A stretch of 63,919 nucleotides of DNA, counting the filler, from Piptocephalis cylindrospora (Eukaryota), in the NCBI GenBank assembly GCA_003614145.1. It is 3 parts of 3 records of this genome, joined end to end, with 100 filler letters (N's around TTAATTAATTAA, not from the genome) between each part and the next. Parts side by side here need not be neighbours in the genome. Positions count along the whole stretch, not along the records: positions 22,318 to 44,407 come from KZ987801.1; 2 more parts are not named here. The stretch is one strand, 5' to 3'. The notes under the pieces were generated by a model, which did no database searches, had not been told where the DNA came from, and saw nothing but the letters and a program-made list of their open reading frames with translations. Below are positions 23,536 to 35,881 of the stretch, in pieces. Both the position numbers and the translations under genes were made by a program. Position 1 is the stretch's first letter. Every line of letters starts with the position of its first letter.

Positions 23536-23772
23536 TAGATCATTTCCCCTCATCCTGTCCTATAAAATGGTAGGGTTGACTGAGAAAGGAGACTGTCGAT
23601 GAATAGGAAGAAATATGTATAAATCGTCTCCTGACCAGGTAATAAAGCCATCCATTTATCAAACTGATAAGTAAAATATGTATCTTGATTTACTCCCGGG
23701 GACCCAGTTGGGTCAGGACGGCATCGACGACGGTCAGAGATATCGTATCATTACAACAAAATCAAACATCCC

Positions 23773-25206
23773 TCACGGATGAACCACAGAAGTGGGTAAA
23801 GGGCTGGCCTTTTCCTTGGAAAGAGACCATGCGCAGTATCGGGGCCAAGTATGAGCCCGAAGAAGAGACCAGACATCTTGCTGCAGAGGATTCAAGATAT
23901 CCTTATCGATTTCCTTATCCCCCAGGGTGATGGCATCGACCAAGTCGAGAAGAGTCGATTTGGGGATGTTGACACGGCAATGGGATCCATATTGTAGGTA
24001 GGTTTCCAGGATATATTGAATGTGAGTCTTCCTCTCCCTAGGTAGTAACAGGGAGTGTCGACGACACTCGAGGTATAGCATGACCTGTTGGATGGATAGA
24101 TCCGCCATGGCATATCCCTTGAACTAAAGGGCTTGTTGGTAAGATGCATGCGGGGGCAGGTCAACACGTGCCGCTTACCTTTTCAAATGACTCGGGGTGA
24201 GATAGAGCGCGCTGAAATGCGATCTCGCACTGACCATCCGGGGTAATGGGCGGAGGAGCCAAGGTGGAAGCTAGAGGCCAGGCGACGAGGATGAGGTAAG
24301 CGCTGATAAGGTAAGCTTCGTAGATGATACTCCGGAGGACATGACGATATCTTGGACTGGAGGTAGTCAGAACGATTGAGCCTCCAATGGCTAGAGAAGC
24401 GGTGCAGAGAGAAAGGAAGAGCTCACGGATGATGCCATAGTTTTCCCTGATCTTGAGTACCTGGAATGACAATGCCTATGGGGGGAGGGGAGGGAGGGAA
24501 AGGATGAGCGGGAAGGACTTTTGGGCAAGCGCCAATAAAGGAAAGTGCCTCATACAGGAAATAAGGTAATGATGTAGATGAGAGCACAGATGGTCTCTGG
24601 GGTAAAGGGGGTCCGTCGTACACAATCCATGGGATCAGCGACAATGTCCAGTTGTGCATGGTCAGCAAATGCGACCCAAGCGGTGAGAATGGTGTGGGCC
24701 ACAACAGCAAGACCCACCCAGGCTACCAAGGCTTGCTGGCTAAACCACCTTCTGTTTCGCCAAACCCAATCTATCCGTTGAGGAGACGGTGTCATAGAGG
24801 AGGTTTCTGATCCTTCTGGAATGCTTCCATGAGGATATTGAGAGGTGGGAGGGCTCACGGAGGAGTAAAGGCCGCCGTAAAGATGGTAAATAGCCCTTTG
24901 GCTCCTAACTTGAACGATGAGATGAGCGTAGCGAGCAGCAAGGGCCAAGAGGGAAAGGGGAAGGCCTAGGCCCAAAGTCCAAAGTTCGAGACCACATGAG
25001 TAAGGCTCAGTATAGGAGAGACGCATGAGGCTCCATGCAGCCAGAAGAATGTTGGAGAGGGCGAGGACACAAGTGAGAAGGGGGGACCGATGGGCAATTG
25101 AGGGATTCCATCGGTGAGTGAGGAAGAGGATGAGCAGAGGCACGACGAGGAGAAGATGAGCGGAGAGAAGGGTGATGAAAAAGTACTTTTCCTTCATTTG
25201 GGGCAT
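23773..25206 (-). CDS. 7TM-RGS protein (GprK-like receptor with RGS domain), 3 exons
   Basis: Seven hydrophobic segments (RSPLLT, CGLELW, IRENYGIIREL) followed by RGS-like ILETYLQYGSHCRVNIP...LQQDVWSLLRAHTWPRY. Confidence 0.85.
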
Positions 25207-25802
25207 AGAGAAAAGTGTGGACGAATGGTTGGTTCAGGAGAAGGCGGAGTGATCGAAGTGGTGAGAGAAGTTTATCGCTGATCGGAGTGACGAGAGAAGG
25301 AAAAGGGGGGCAGAGTAAATATAAAGGGGGAAGGGGGCAAAGAGGGAGACAAACCAAGGCAAAATAGACAATGAAAGACGTGGTGGACGAGTGGGGTTGG
25401 GCAGAATTGGAGGATTTGAGGGGAAGCGAGGATGATAAGAGAAGGCAATGGAATATGGGACACAAGGCAGCGCACATCCCATAGACATTGTCTCTATAAA
25501 GACGCATTTTGGCCCCCCACCATGCTGAGGTGGGCTGAGAAGGAGCGAATCCCTGGGCAGGGGACCCATGTCGTTCATACAATTCAGGTCGAGATGTATG
25601 GATTTACATGCTGGATTATGCATCCGAGGGGGTGGGAGGATGGGGAGGACGCATGAGGTTGACCGAGCGGCGACACGGCTGTATCCATCGATTCATCAAT
25701 CATTGATTTCCTGTAAGGATAGCCTCAATTGAGCGTTGAATGAAGTATCAAAAAGCACAATTCTCTATTCCATCCCCATTCGCTTTTACTCCGAGTCCGC
25801 TT

Positions 25803-26255
25803 CTATCCACTTTCTTCCTCCTCGCCTCGATAAATGGCTATATTGGCAGGGGTTTCCTGGACACGGACTTCGTGTAATCTGGGACCATGCTCAGAGGGAT
25901 CGTCAGCCCGGACCAGGGGCTCCAAAAGCTCCCAGATGAAAATTGCAATGTTCTCAGCGGTGCTAGGATGGGAAGCAAAGTAAGGGACATCCAGATCCAA
26001 ATGATGATGATCCAGGGGTTCTAGGACATTTTGTCGAAGATGGGCCTTGAGATTGACCAGGTTGACGACCATGCCCGTCCGCTCATCCACTCTACCTCGA
26101 ACCAAGACAGTAACCGTGTAATTATGGCCATGGCCTGAGGCGTGATTGCACTTTCCGTACACCTGGGCATTTTCTTCGTCGGACAGGTGAGGCGAATGGA
26201 GCCTGTGTGCGGCTGAGAAGGTTTCCGTCCTAGAGACGTAGGCGATGCGTGGCAT
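25803..26255 (-). CDS. PTS: 6-pyruvoyl-tetrahydropterin synthase
   Basis: FSAAHRLHS, YGKCNHASGHGHNY, LDHHHLDLDVPYF, STAENIA and VRVQET motifs. Confidence 0.95.
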   Translation of the reverse strand: MPRIAYVSRTETFSAAHRLHSPHLSDEENAQVYGKCNHASGHGHNYTVTVLVRGRVDERTGMVVNLVNLKAHLRQNVLEPLDHHHLDLDVPYFASHPSTAENIAIFIWELLEPLVRADDPSEHGPRLHEVRVQETPANIAIYRGEEEESG

Positions 26256-26759
26256 GTCGGGATGGAGGAGGTTGATGGGTGAACGGGAGAAGAGAGAGAA
26301 GAAAAGGCCTAGGTCTAGGTGATATGGGAGAGAGTGTGTGTGTCCAACTGATCCTTATTTGTGAACCGTGGGAGATTTAGGGTGCTTTTGAACGTGTGTA
26401 TATGTGGAGAGTGTGTGTGAAAAGTGGGGACGGGAGGACAAAAAGGCGAGGAGATGGACAGGTGGGACCGATACGCTCTCTCTATTGTGGTGAGGAAGCA
26501 GGGCGGAGGTGACGAAAATAGAGTAACCAGGGACCACAAGGTCAATGGGTTGACCTGGGGAAAGGAACATAGTGACAGTTGGCCATTTCCTCTTTGATGT
26601 GTACTCACGACGGCGACGACAATGATTAAAAAGGATGACTGTGTAAGTAATATGGGAGGGCATATGTGGTTGTCAAGAGGGAAAGGCGTGAGTAGAGAAG
26701 AGGTGGGTAGGATGATGCAAGGATATATGCATATCATCCATCCTTGCGGCAAGAGCCTA

Positions 26760-27339
26760 TCAAGGAGTTTCCAAGAGGACCTGGGCAATGAGATGATCAC
26801 CATCATGGGAGATGGAAAGATGGCTTGGACCCACTTGGCTCCGACATCGGGGATGGAGGAACAGAGCGGGTTTGGCACCTGCTTATAATGATAATACTTA
26901 TTATTAGTGGGTAAAAAGGGTTGGAGTAGAGTATGGGGGGTGGGATGAGAGTAAAATAGTACACTGACCTCCAGACACTTTTATGACTTCTACATCTTGC
27001 CACGTTAGCCGGCAAGTTGGATAGGCGGCTTTATATGCAGCTTCCTTGGCGGCCCATCTGCCTCGTTGCATGGGGTCAGAGATGATGAAGATAAGGGGGG
27101 AAGGAGGGATAAGGAATCACATTTCCTCCAGGATATGGATCAAAAACGTACCGTAGAGCAAGGTATCGAGCCAGAGGGATAAAATCATCCTGTTCTAGAA
27201 TTGCCTTGTCCATTTCTTTTCTTTCTTTTGGAGTAAGGATTCTACGGGCAAAATGGTCGGCTCGACCCGGGGCCCGGGTAAGAACACGAAGGATCCTAGG
27301 GATATGGACCAAGTCTACGCCAATCCCAAGGATACCCAT
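26760..27339 (-). CDS. PPT2: AcpS-type 4'-phosphopantetheinyl transferase (mitochondrial holo-ACP synthase), 3 exons
   Basis: ILGIGVDLV...FARRILT, spliced R/WAAKEAAYKA, and GAKP...HLSISHDGDHLIAQVLLE. Confidence 0.92.
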
Positions 27340-27695
27340 CACCTTGACTGGAGAAGAAGTGTCAAGTTGTATACACTTGTTGTGCAGGATAAGGTAAGAT
27401 AGCGAGTAGGATAGCCGCTGTCACTTTAGGGTTGGGATGAGGAAGAAGGGTGCCCCTGGTCTATTCTATCATACCACAATATCCTCGGTTCAACGGTGTA
27501 GATAGCCCAAGCGATTAGACTCAGCAAGAGAAGCTGAGAGAGGAGGCCTATAAGGACAGAAGAGGGGGGAGTGCTCGTTCAGACACAACGACACTCTTTG
27601 CCCTACGCTCAAAGAACACAGCCTCCAGTCCACAGTGGCACGACATACCCTTTCTCTTCTTCCCCATCCCCGCCTCCCTTTCCCCAAGTCAAGCC

Positions 27696-28145
27696 ATGTC
27701 CTCTACTGCTCGTCTCTCCAGCCTGGCCAAGAACGTCCGGGAACTTCGTCTCCACTTTTGCCAAACTTCCCCTGCCTCCCAGGGACTTCGGTGAGTTGGT
27801 TAGGGTGCTGACACCTCCTTGCTTCTCCTAATAAGAATTACACCGCCACGGCCTTCCCATAGAGACTTTGTATCCAAGAACTATGTTAGTCTAAAAAAGA
27901 CCCATCCCACTCTCCCCATCCTGGTCCGGGAGGCCTCTGGTGTCGAGGCCAAGGCTTATGCACGCTTTGGTAAGTTGACGCTATTACGTTGGGTTGGACG
28001 TGGGATGTGGTGCTCTTCTAATACTCATCGAGTGCACGGCTCCTCCATAGACAAGGGGGTAGAGCGTCAATCGGTCCTGTCCAATCTGACTGAGGAGCAA
28101 GTGGCAGACCGTTTGACTCAGTTGACTTCTTCCTCATCGAAATAA
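27696..28145 (+). CDS. NDUFA2: NADH:ubiquinone oxidoreductase B8 subunit (L51/S25/CI-B8 family), 3 exons
   Basis: VRELRLHFCQTSPASQGLR/DFVSKNYVSLKKTHPTLPILVREASG..AYARF/DKGVE. Confidence 0.92.
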
Positions 28146-28373
28146 ATCAACCGCCCATACCGCCCTCTCTTATTCTCCCATATCCCAATCACGGTTGTCC
28201 TTTGATTTGTCAGAAAGGAGGGAGATGATTACATGAGCATGAAAGTATATGATCACTGGCTAAAAGATAACAGCAATAATATCACCAACGACGATTAAGA
28301 TATGACATGGTATGGCATGACACGATCCATACCACCGCCCTCAAGGGAGTATCAACAAGGATGTCTCATCATC

Positions 28374-28693
28374 TCAGATTTCAAAGGGTCCTCGAGCCAC
28401 TTCAAACCTTTCTAAATACTTTCCAGGGACCATGACAAGGCCTACAAACCTCTTCGTATCTGGAGGGGGAGAGTGAGCTAGGAGATACAAAGACGGTCCA
28501 CGGAATGATTACCTTGGTTACACTCCAAAGCCTCGGCCAGTAACAGATTCTGATGGCCGTCCACCCCGAGAAACTGGCCTTCGAAGCTACGACCGTCCGA
28601 GATATGGACGCGAGCCATCTTGGAGATGCACCCAGTGAGCTCCCTGACAGACTCACGGGGATCCTCTTGGGATGTCGTGGGGAGGGTGGACAT
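28374..28693 (-). CDS. MAK31: Sm-fold protein, NatC auxiliary subunit (Mak31/NAA38-like), 2 exons
   Basis: RVHISDGRSFEGQFLGVDGHQNLLLAEALE spliced to RFVGLVMVPGKYL. Confidence 0.78.
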
Positions 28694-29119
28694 GGGGGTA
28701 GAATAGCGGTAGTGGCGGTGACGTGAGTGTAGAGAGGGAAGAGCGACAGGGAGTTGGATGAGCTACACAGGGGCGGTGTGGGCACATGAGAGAGTGATCT
28801 CGCCATCCGGAGATCTGTACTCCCAGTTCCCCCCCCCCCCCCCCCCCGGAAAGACGCAAGGGGAAAACGACGCGTACCAAACGCTTACAAAACAAAACCC
28901 AACAACACAAAGGGGAGGACGAACAGAAAAAACATCTTCACAGAGACAATCAACTCTGGATGAAAAAGAATAGAAGAATCACTCTAGTCCCCAGTACAAG
29001 AAAGGACCGTAGGAGATCCGGGGTGGTTTATGTCTGCTCGAAAAGGCAGCTATGCAAAGGTCACGTACAGTTACTCATGCCATCTTAAATGAAAAGGGTC
29101 GCCCTGAATGGGAGGTCCT

Positions 29120-30226
29120 TTAAAGGGAATACCCCGTAGTGGGGACATCCTCGGTGGGTTGGTCCTTCAATTGCCGTAGACCCTCAACGACCTCGGTGAT
29201 TACAGCGGCGGCCCGCTCAGCACCATCCCGACCGACCTGGAAGTGTAGAACTAGCCGTGCGCTAGACTGATTCAGAGCCATGAACCGTACACCCTGGGCC
29301 TCGCATAGACGAGCGACGCGTCTCATGTCTAGGGCATCCTCGACACCAAAGAACACCATGTTAGTCTGGACGGGTAGAAGAATACGAAGGCTGGCCGCCT
29401 CGAGCTGGGTCGAAAGCCAAGCAGCATCAGCATGATCACCCTGCATACGGATGACGTGACGGTCAATGGCGTGCTGGGCGGCGACGGCCAGCATACCCGC
29501 TTGCCTCCAGCCACCACCAAAGAGCTTCCGAAGCCGGCGGGCCTTGGCGATGGTGGCGGCATCGGCCACGAGGATGGATCCGATGGGGGCACCCACCCCC
29601 TTGGAGAGACAGATGGACAAGGTATCGAAGAGCTTGCCGTACTCGCTCATCGGGGTCTCGGTGGCGACGCTGGCGTTCCATAGACGAGCGCCGTCTAGAT
29701 GCATAGCCAGACCCTTGGAACGGGCAAACTGGGAAATGCGACGGATTTCCTCGACGGGAAAGTACATGCCGTTGTGAGTGTTCTCCAGGGAGATGACACG
29801 GGTGGGGGAAGAGACCATGGTGATGGGATCGTCCTCTACCACGGCATCCCGAACATCCTCCATGGTGAGGTAGCGACCGTTCGAGGCGGCAACGGGGGTA
29901 ATATTGGCCTGGCTATGGTAAGCAATACCACCGCACTCGTACTTGTACACATGTGCGCGAGCGTCCGACAAGACCGAGTGAGGTGGGCAGGTCAGAAGGG
30001 CACGAAGCCCCAGCTGGTTGCTCATGGTACCGGAGGAGCAAAAGAGGGCAGCTTCCTTGCCAGTTAGCTCGGCCATGTACTTTTCTAGACGGACGACCTC
30101 GGGATCTTCGCCATACACATCATCACCGCAATCGGCCTGGCTCATCTCGACAAACATTTCCGGAGTAGGCTTGGTGACTGTGTCACTCCTGAGGTCATAG
30201 ACCGGGTAGGATGGACTAATTGGCAT
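29120..30226 (-). CDS. GLY1: Low-specificity L-threonine aldolase
   Basis: YDLRSDTVTKP, GDDVYGEDP, SGTMSNQ, ISLENTHNG, HLDGARLWNA, CLSKGVGAPIGS (PLP lysine) and GGGWRQAG. Confidence 0.96.
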   Translation of the reverse strand: MPISPSYPVYDLRSDTVTKPTPEMFVEMSQADCGDDVYGEDPEVVRLEKYMAELTGKEAALFCSSGTMSNQLGLRALLTCPPHSVLSDARAHVYKYECGGIAYHSQANITPVAASNGRYLTMEDVRDAVVEDDPITMVSSPTRVISLENTHNGMYFPVEEIRRISQFARSKGLAMHLDGARLWNASVATETPMSEYGKLFDTLSICLSKGVGAPIGSILVADAATIAKARRLRKLFGGGWRQAGMLAVAAQHAIDRHVIRMQGDHADAAWLSTQLEAASLRILLPVQTNMVFFGVEDALDMRRVARLCEAQGVRFMALNQSSARLVLHFQVGRDGAERAAAVITEVVEGLRQLKDQPTEDVPTTGYSL

Positions 30227-31567
30227 GGTTGGGGCTTGAGGGAAAAATGGGGGTGGGGATGTGGGGGAGAAAAGGAAAGGGAAGGGGGGGAGGGGGGGAA
30301 GGAGGGGAGGGGACAGCAAGTGAGTGATGGCAAGAGGAGATGGGGAATGGTGGTGAATGATGGGGATGAAGCACCGAGTGGCCTCAAGAACAGCTGTTTA
30401 AATAGCCGTTTCTCTCCCCTCACAGAATGATCAGAATGAGGGGGAGCGGGATCTCGTCTTGGCTTAGGCCTTGGCCCCTCTCCCTTCCCCACCATCCAGG
30501 GTGGATGAAGCAGGCAGATCTATGGTGAGGAGGATTGATTAGTGCGGAAGATTCCAGAGTTTGGACTGTTATCCTTTTTTTCACGGTACTTTCTCCCCCC
30601 CTTTCACCAACCAAGATGCTTATCATGAGACAGTGTGATTGGTCAATTGAAATCTTGCCGGTCGGATGGTCGGATCCAGTAACACACACACATAGTGAAG
30701 TGAATGAGAGACAAGCACGCACAACACGCGCTGCCTCTCGCTCACAATTTGTGACCCTGGGGATGAAGGAGGCTCTAGGAAGATATCGGACGATTTGGTT
30801 TACCTGGATTCGATTTACCCTTGAAGGATGTGCAGAGGAGCAAGGGCCCAAGGGAAAAACTCCGCGCTACAGACCATTGCCTCTGATATCTCTCTTGCAC
30901 GGGTAATGAGGGGATGTGCGAGTGTGTGCTGACTCATCCCCTCCTGATAAACTCGCTTATTCCCATAAGAGGACAGCAGCATGCATTAGCCAGTACCTGG
31001 GGATAGAAAGGTCGTGAGGAGCTGGGGAAACTAGGAAGGCCTGCAAAAATTCATGATCCTTTGCTCTGAGGGTAGCAAGCAAGACAATGACTACGCGACT
31101 GAATCTTCATCTTGATGAGATGACGCATTGTAGCAGCATGTAAAACCCTAGATGAAGAAGAGATGGCCATTCTTCCCTCCCTTCCCCTCCCAGTCCCCCA
31201 GGATAGCAGGGGATGGAGCGGCTGGGAGAAAGGTCGTTCCTTACGCCAAGGAACAAGATCCCATCGATGGAAGAACCAATGCCCTTGTCCCCCTATCTCC
31301 ATTGATAGTCCCCTTGAATGGTGCATACGTGGCCTTGAGGACAGGGCATCCATTCCCTCTCTCCCCTAATCTCTCTTGGGGGATTTCCCATCCATCATTT
31401 ATCTCCTCTTCGCTCCACTCCGACCCCTGGCTCCGATTCAGGTCCCGACTATCGCTCCGATGGCATGGGAAGGGCCAATCCCCATGCCCCACATCCCTCA
31501 TCCCCTAGCCCACACAGCACATCCTCTGACCTACACCCCGATGCATCACGCTGCTCCTTATCTCCGA

Positions 31568-31826
31568 CTGCCTGTAATGGTAGTCCTCGCACCTCTTTTA
31601 GACACATCTTGTCTCTTCTCCCTCCCCCATCCTGCCTGTAATGGTATACGACGGACCTCTTTTAGACACATCTTACCTCTTCTCCTCACTCACCTCCCGC
31701 TGCTAGCCCCTCCTGCCTGTAATGGTAGCCTTCGCACCTCTTTTAGGCATAACTTGCTTCTTTTCACTCCTCACCTCGGTCCTTGACCCCTCCTGCCTGT
31801 AATGGTATCTTGCTAACCTCTTTTAG
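31568..31826 (+). repeat. Four-copy degenerate tandem array with invariant core CTGCCTGTAATGGTA-N8-ACCTCTTTTAG
   Basis: Cores start at 31568, 31632, 31713 and 31793 (periods 64, 81, 80 nt). The N8 blocks are GTCCTCGC, TACGACGG, GCCTTCGC and TCTTGCTA. Confidence 0.9.
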
Positions 31827-32864
31827 GTTGCTGGATCGAAGGTAGAGAGGTAAGAAAGTCTATTGCTGGCAAGGAAGTCTTGGGTCTTGGGGAGGTTCTT
31901 CACCATGGAGGGTGGTCCTGGTTGCGAAGAGGAGGATTTCTGGCTGGAGAGAAGGCTCTTGAGGATGAGAAGGCCCTTGGAGAGGAGAGGAACGCCCTCC
32001 CGGCGACAAGTAGACGCTGGCCGGTGGAAGCTTCCCCATATGAAAAGAGCATTCTAATTTTGTCCATATTTTGTTGAATTTTCGATTTTTTAAAAAATCC
32101 AATTAATGTGTCACAGGCGGAGGCGCAATTTTAAGGCCAGAAAATAAGTGATTTTTCAAAGCAAAGGTGGACGAGGCGTGCCAACAATCAGTATATTTCC
32201 TTCGTAGATATTATGAGGTTAATGTTAAGGCTTTAAGATGATTTTTAAGGCTTTAAGGACTTATCCAGGGAAAGGCCTCTCTTTAGCCCATGAATGATCT
32301 GATCTGCTTGATCCGTGCCAAGGATAGCATGGCATGATCCGTCAATCACCCATGGTCATTAGGAAAGAATGCCATCATCCCTTCACTCATAGTCTTTGGG
32401 ACCGTCGTGTCTCTACTTCTCAAACGCCTTAGTGTTATCTCCTCCGGCCTTTATAGATACATTACATCCAGGGCACGAGTATCTAAAGCCATCGGTTGCG
32501 GTTTTTATGTAGAGATATAAGGTTCATATCCACGGCACTGAAGGAATAGGTGTGTTGGCGGTATAACCCCGTCGGGGCTTGTGGGTATCCAATACTACAG
32601 CCAAAGGTCAGACTTCTAGTCTGGTATTGACAGAGTCCCACGCCATCTCTATTCTCAAGGCTGAACTGTATGTCATGTGGCGTAAACTCCCCTTTTAAAA
32701 ACAGTGATTTACGAGCTTCAGAGACTGACATCTCTCGCCCTCGCCCCTATCCTCTGCTCCCCCATCCCGTCTTCCATCTCCCTAAAGAACCGCCCATCCG
32801 CAACCCCAGCCCATCCGCAGCTCCAACCCAGCCCCAGTCTTCCTTCTCCCCCCTTCTCCCCATC

Positions 32865-34491
32865 ATGGCGGTGACCTTTCAGGAAGATCGTCCTATAGCC
32901 ACACAGTCCAAGTGTGGTTCTACCCTCCTACTCCACTTACTTGACGTATGTTCTGGGGAGGGCGTCGTAATCGAGGGGGCGAGAGGCCAGCTCCCTCTAT
33001 TATATGCATCACCACTCACCCCTTGGGTACCCTCTGAGAAACTACACAGTTGGTCATGGGATGGTGCTATGAATCGACTATTGAGGCTGTTTCCTCATTA
33101 CTCGGTCAGTATCACGAGTCGCAACTACCAATGTTCTTCAATTCATCCTCCTCCCCTCCCTAGGCTACATGTCCATCTTCTTCTGGCTCAATGCTCAAGT
33201 CCCTCAGCTCTACACCAACTACCTTCTCGGGTCCGCCGCATCCCTCTCCTTACCCTTTCTCCTCATATGGCTGCTAGGTAAGAGGGATTTCCTGATATGT
33301 GAGAGTATTCAACCGCCTCATCGTCCATCGTCCATCTCTTTAGGTGACATTACCAATTTCCTGGGATGTATCCTCACCAATCAACTTCCTTTCCAGCGCT
33401 ACCTAGCCCTCTACTTTTGTCTTATTGACCTCTCCCTCCTCATTCAATTCTTCTACTATGAGCATGGATGGTCTACTCCCATCTCCTCCTCTCCCATCTC
33501 CTCCAATTACGTTGAGGCCTCCCCTTCCTCCCAACGTGAATCGGTTCATTTCGACCTCCATGAGGAGGATGAGGAGGATGAAGATGATGAGGAGGGAGAG
33601 GAAGGGGGTGAGAGACAGAGATTAACTGCATCCTTTCACTCCTCTGCTTCCCAACATCATGGCCCCCAAAGATCCATCCGGGAAAGAGCACGCATTGCCG
33701 GAGAAACCTGGGGCGAGGAGGAGGAGGAGGGTGGTCGGAGAGGTGGATGGAGAATGACCCTCTCTGAACGCTCTCCATTGGCTCGCCATAGTCTTGTAAA
33801 ATACTACTCCCTTACAAGTCAGGATCGTGCCAAGCATCTCAAGAAAATGTATAGTCTCTCCCCTATCTCACGCATGAGATGTAAGCCTCCCTCCCCTTCC
33901 CTTCTCACTCTTTCCTTTCTTTAGAGCATCCGTGTCCGCCTTTTCCATTGGGCTCCTACTCACCAGTCAACGATTTCTTGGAGAAACAGCTGAATTCGAC
34001 CAATCCTCCCCTTCCCCCCATCGAGTCCTTGACAAACGATGGATAGCCTCTCCTTCTACCATGGCCGTGGAAGAGCCCATAGAGGATGGTATGATGCTGA
34101 ACATTGGCGTAGTCATGGCTTGGACCTGTACCTGCCTCTACCTTGCCTCACGTATCCCTCAGATTGTCTTGAACGTAAGTTCCATGATCTTTATTTTCCT
34201 TTTTTTTTCTCTCTCTTTCCTTTCTCTCTCTTTTTCCCACCTTGATCTCACACCACCTTCGTTATCCAGTACACAAGGGGAACTGCCGAGGGTCTCTCCA
34301 TTTGGATGTTTGCCTTTGCTGCCCTTGGTAATCTTACTTACGTCCTCTCCATTGCCCTTCATATTGAGGGATCGGAGGAATGGTTGAATGCTCTTCCCTA
34401 CATCATCGGAAGCGCCGGTACCCTCTCCTTTGACGCCACCATATTTGCTCAATTTTGGTATTATCGCAAACTATATGCCTCCTACTCTTGA
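32865..34491 (+). CDS. PQ-loop vacuolar cationic amino-acid transporter (YPQ/PQLC2 family), multi-exon
   Basis: WLNAQVPQLYTNY...LSLPFLLIWLLGDITNFLGCILTNQLPFQ and LYLASRIPQI...EGLSIWMFAFAALGNLTY...LPYIIGSAGTLSFD. The 5' exons are uncertain. Confidence 0.88.
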
Positions 34492-34975
34492 TGGGGCATT
34501 TCATCATGATGTTTATGGTTTAGATGGCGTCTATGTTTGCGTATCTGTCTGTTTCTATGCATCAATCAGGCCTATCCCCAGTAGAGCCTCCTTTTCTTTC
34601 TTGGTAGGTAGGGCAAAGGTCATAAAAGCAATCTTTTGAGAAGTGGAGTACATTATATCTGCAAACATCGCCTCTTTTCTTAGAAGGGATTTGTCTTTGA
34701 CAATTCAAAGGCTTTATGATGAGATCATATGTCCTGTCTAAGTCAATGACGATCAACTACCAGGACAATCATCATCTTCCACTTTTCCTCCCATGGTTAC
34801 TGAATAGCCAGCCACCAGTCTCACTCATGTCATCACAGCTACCCTTATCACTACAAAGCACAACTGTGTGTCTCCCACATACCTCTTCTTCAGTATACAC
34901 CAACCTGTCAAGACCAGACACACCTACCATCCTTTCCTCTTTACCATCCGTTCTTCAGTACTCTTCTTTTCTGAT

Positions 34976-35881
34976 ATGACCGAAAACAACAGCCAAAGAC
35001 AGCAGGAGGAAATAGAGGCCCTCGAGGCCATTTACGCCCAGGATGAACTCAAAATCCTATCCCGGGAGTCTCCCTTTGCCCTGCAGGTTCAGGTCAAGGC
35101 AGGTCCTGGTAGGGTCCTCGTGGCCCGTTTCCATCTTCCCGAACACTATCCATCTACCTCCCCACCCATCTATGAGGTGGAACCTGCTCCGTGGATTCCC
35201 GAATCTTGGGGGGAGGATGTGGCCTCGGGCCTTTTGGATGCATGGGTTCCGGACTCTGAGAGTCTCTTCACGGGCATCGAATGGCTTCGTGCTTTTGTTC
35301 AGGATAATTGCCCCTCCCTCCCCGAGGAACCCTTAGGAGGGGATCAGGAGTCAGTCAGCCATCATCCGGATCCGGCCACACCTAGCCCAGAGTCACTGCA
35401 GAAGCCTGCAGCCCCTGGCATGTCCAAAGAGGAGATGCGAGCAAAGATGGAGGAGGAACTGGGAGTTGTGCATGGTCCTGAACTCATCGACCGCCGATCC
35501 TCCTTTGTAGCTCACCTTGCTCCAGTCCACTCTGTCGATGAGATCAAGAGAGTTCATGAGCACATCGTCAGCGAACGTCGCGTCGCCAAGGCCACCCACA
35601 ATATATACGCCTACCGCATCCAGCAGGACAATGGTCAGATCCTACAGGATCAGGAAGATGATGGAGAGACCGCTGCCGGCGGTCGGCTCCTCCATGTCAT
35701 GCAGATGCTTGGCGTTGTCGATGTCCTTGTCGTCGTCAGTCGATGGTATGGCGGCATCATGCTGGGTCCCGACCGTTTCAAGCACATTTGCAATGTTGGT
35801 CGGGCTCTACTTGACTCACAAGGCTATCTCAAAGAGGGGAAGAAGAGGGTAGGGGGGGAATTCAAGGTCAAAAGCTACTGA
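34976..35881 (+). CDS. YIH1: IMPACT/Yih1 family protein (RWD + UPF0029)
   Basis: EEIEALEAIY, LPEHYPSTSPP, ATHNIYAYRI, DDGETAAGGRLL and VVVSRWYGGIMLGPDRFKHI. Confidence 0.95.
   Translation: MTENNSQRQQEEIEALEAIYAQDELKILSRESPFALQVQVKAGPGRVLVARFHLPEHYPSTSPPIYEVEPAPWIPESWGEDVASGLLDAWVPDSESLFTGIEWLRAFVQDNCPSLPEEPLGGDQESVSHHPDPATPSPESLQKPAAPGMSKEEMRAKMEEELGVVHGPELIDRRSSFVAHLAPVHSVDEIKRVHEHIVSERRVAKATHNIYAYRIQQDNGQILQDQEDDGETAAGGRLLHVMQMLGVVDVLVVVSRWYGGIMLGPDRFKHICNVGRALLDSQGYLKEGKKRVGGEFKVKSY

Noticed and set aside
31050..31510. Possible second LINE remnant upstream of the repeat array
   Set aside because: Only vague Arg/Trp-rich resemblance, with no Cys-knuckle or RT motif.
31568..31826. CRISPR array interpretation of the four-copy repeat
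   Set aside because: Eukaryotic context, no cas genes, linkers are related to each other and unequal in length, and the repeat has an internal variable block.
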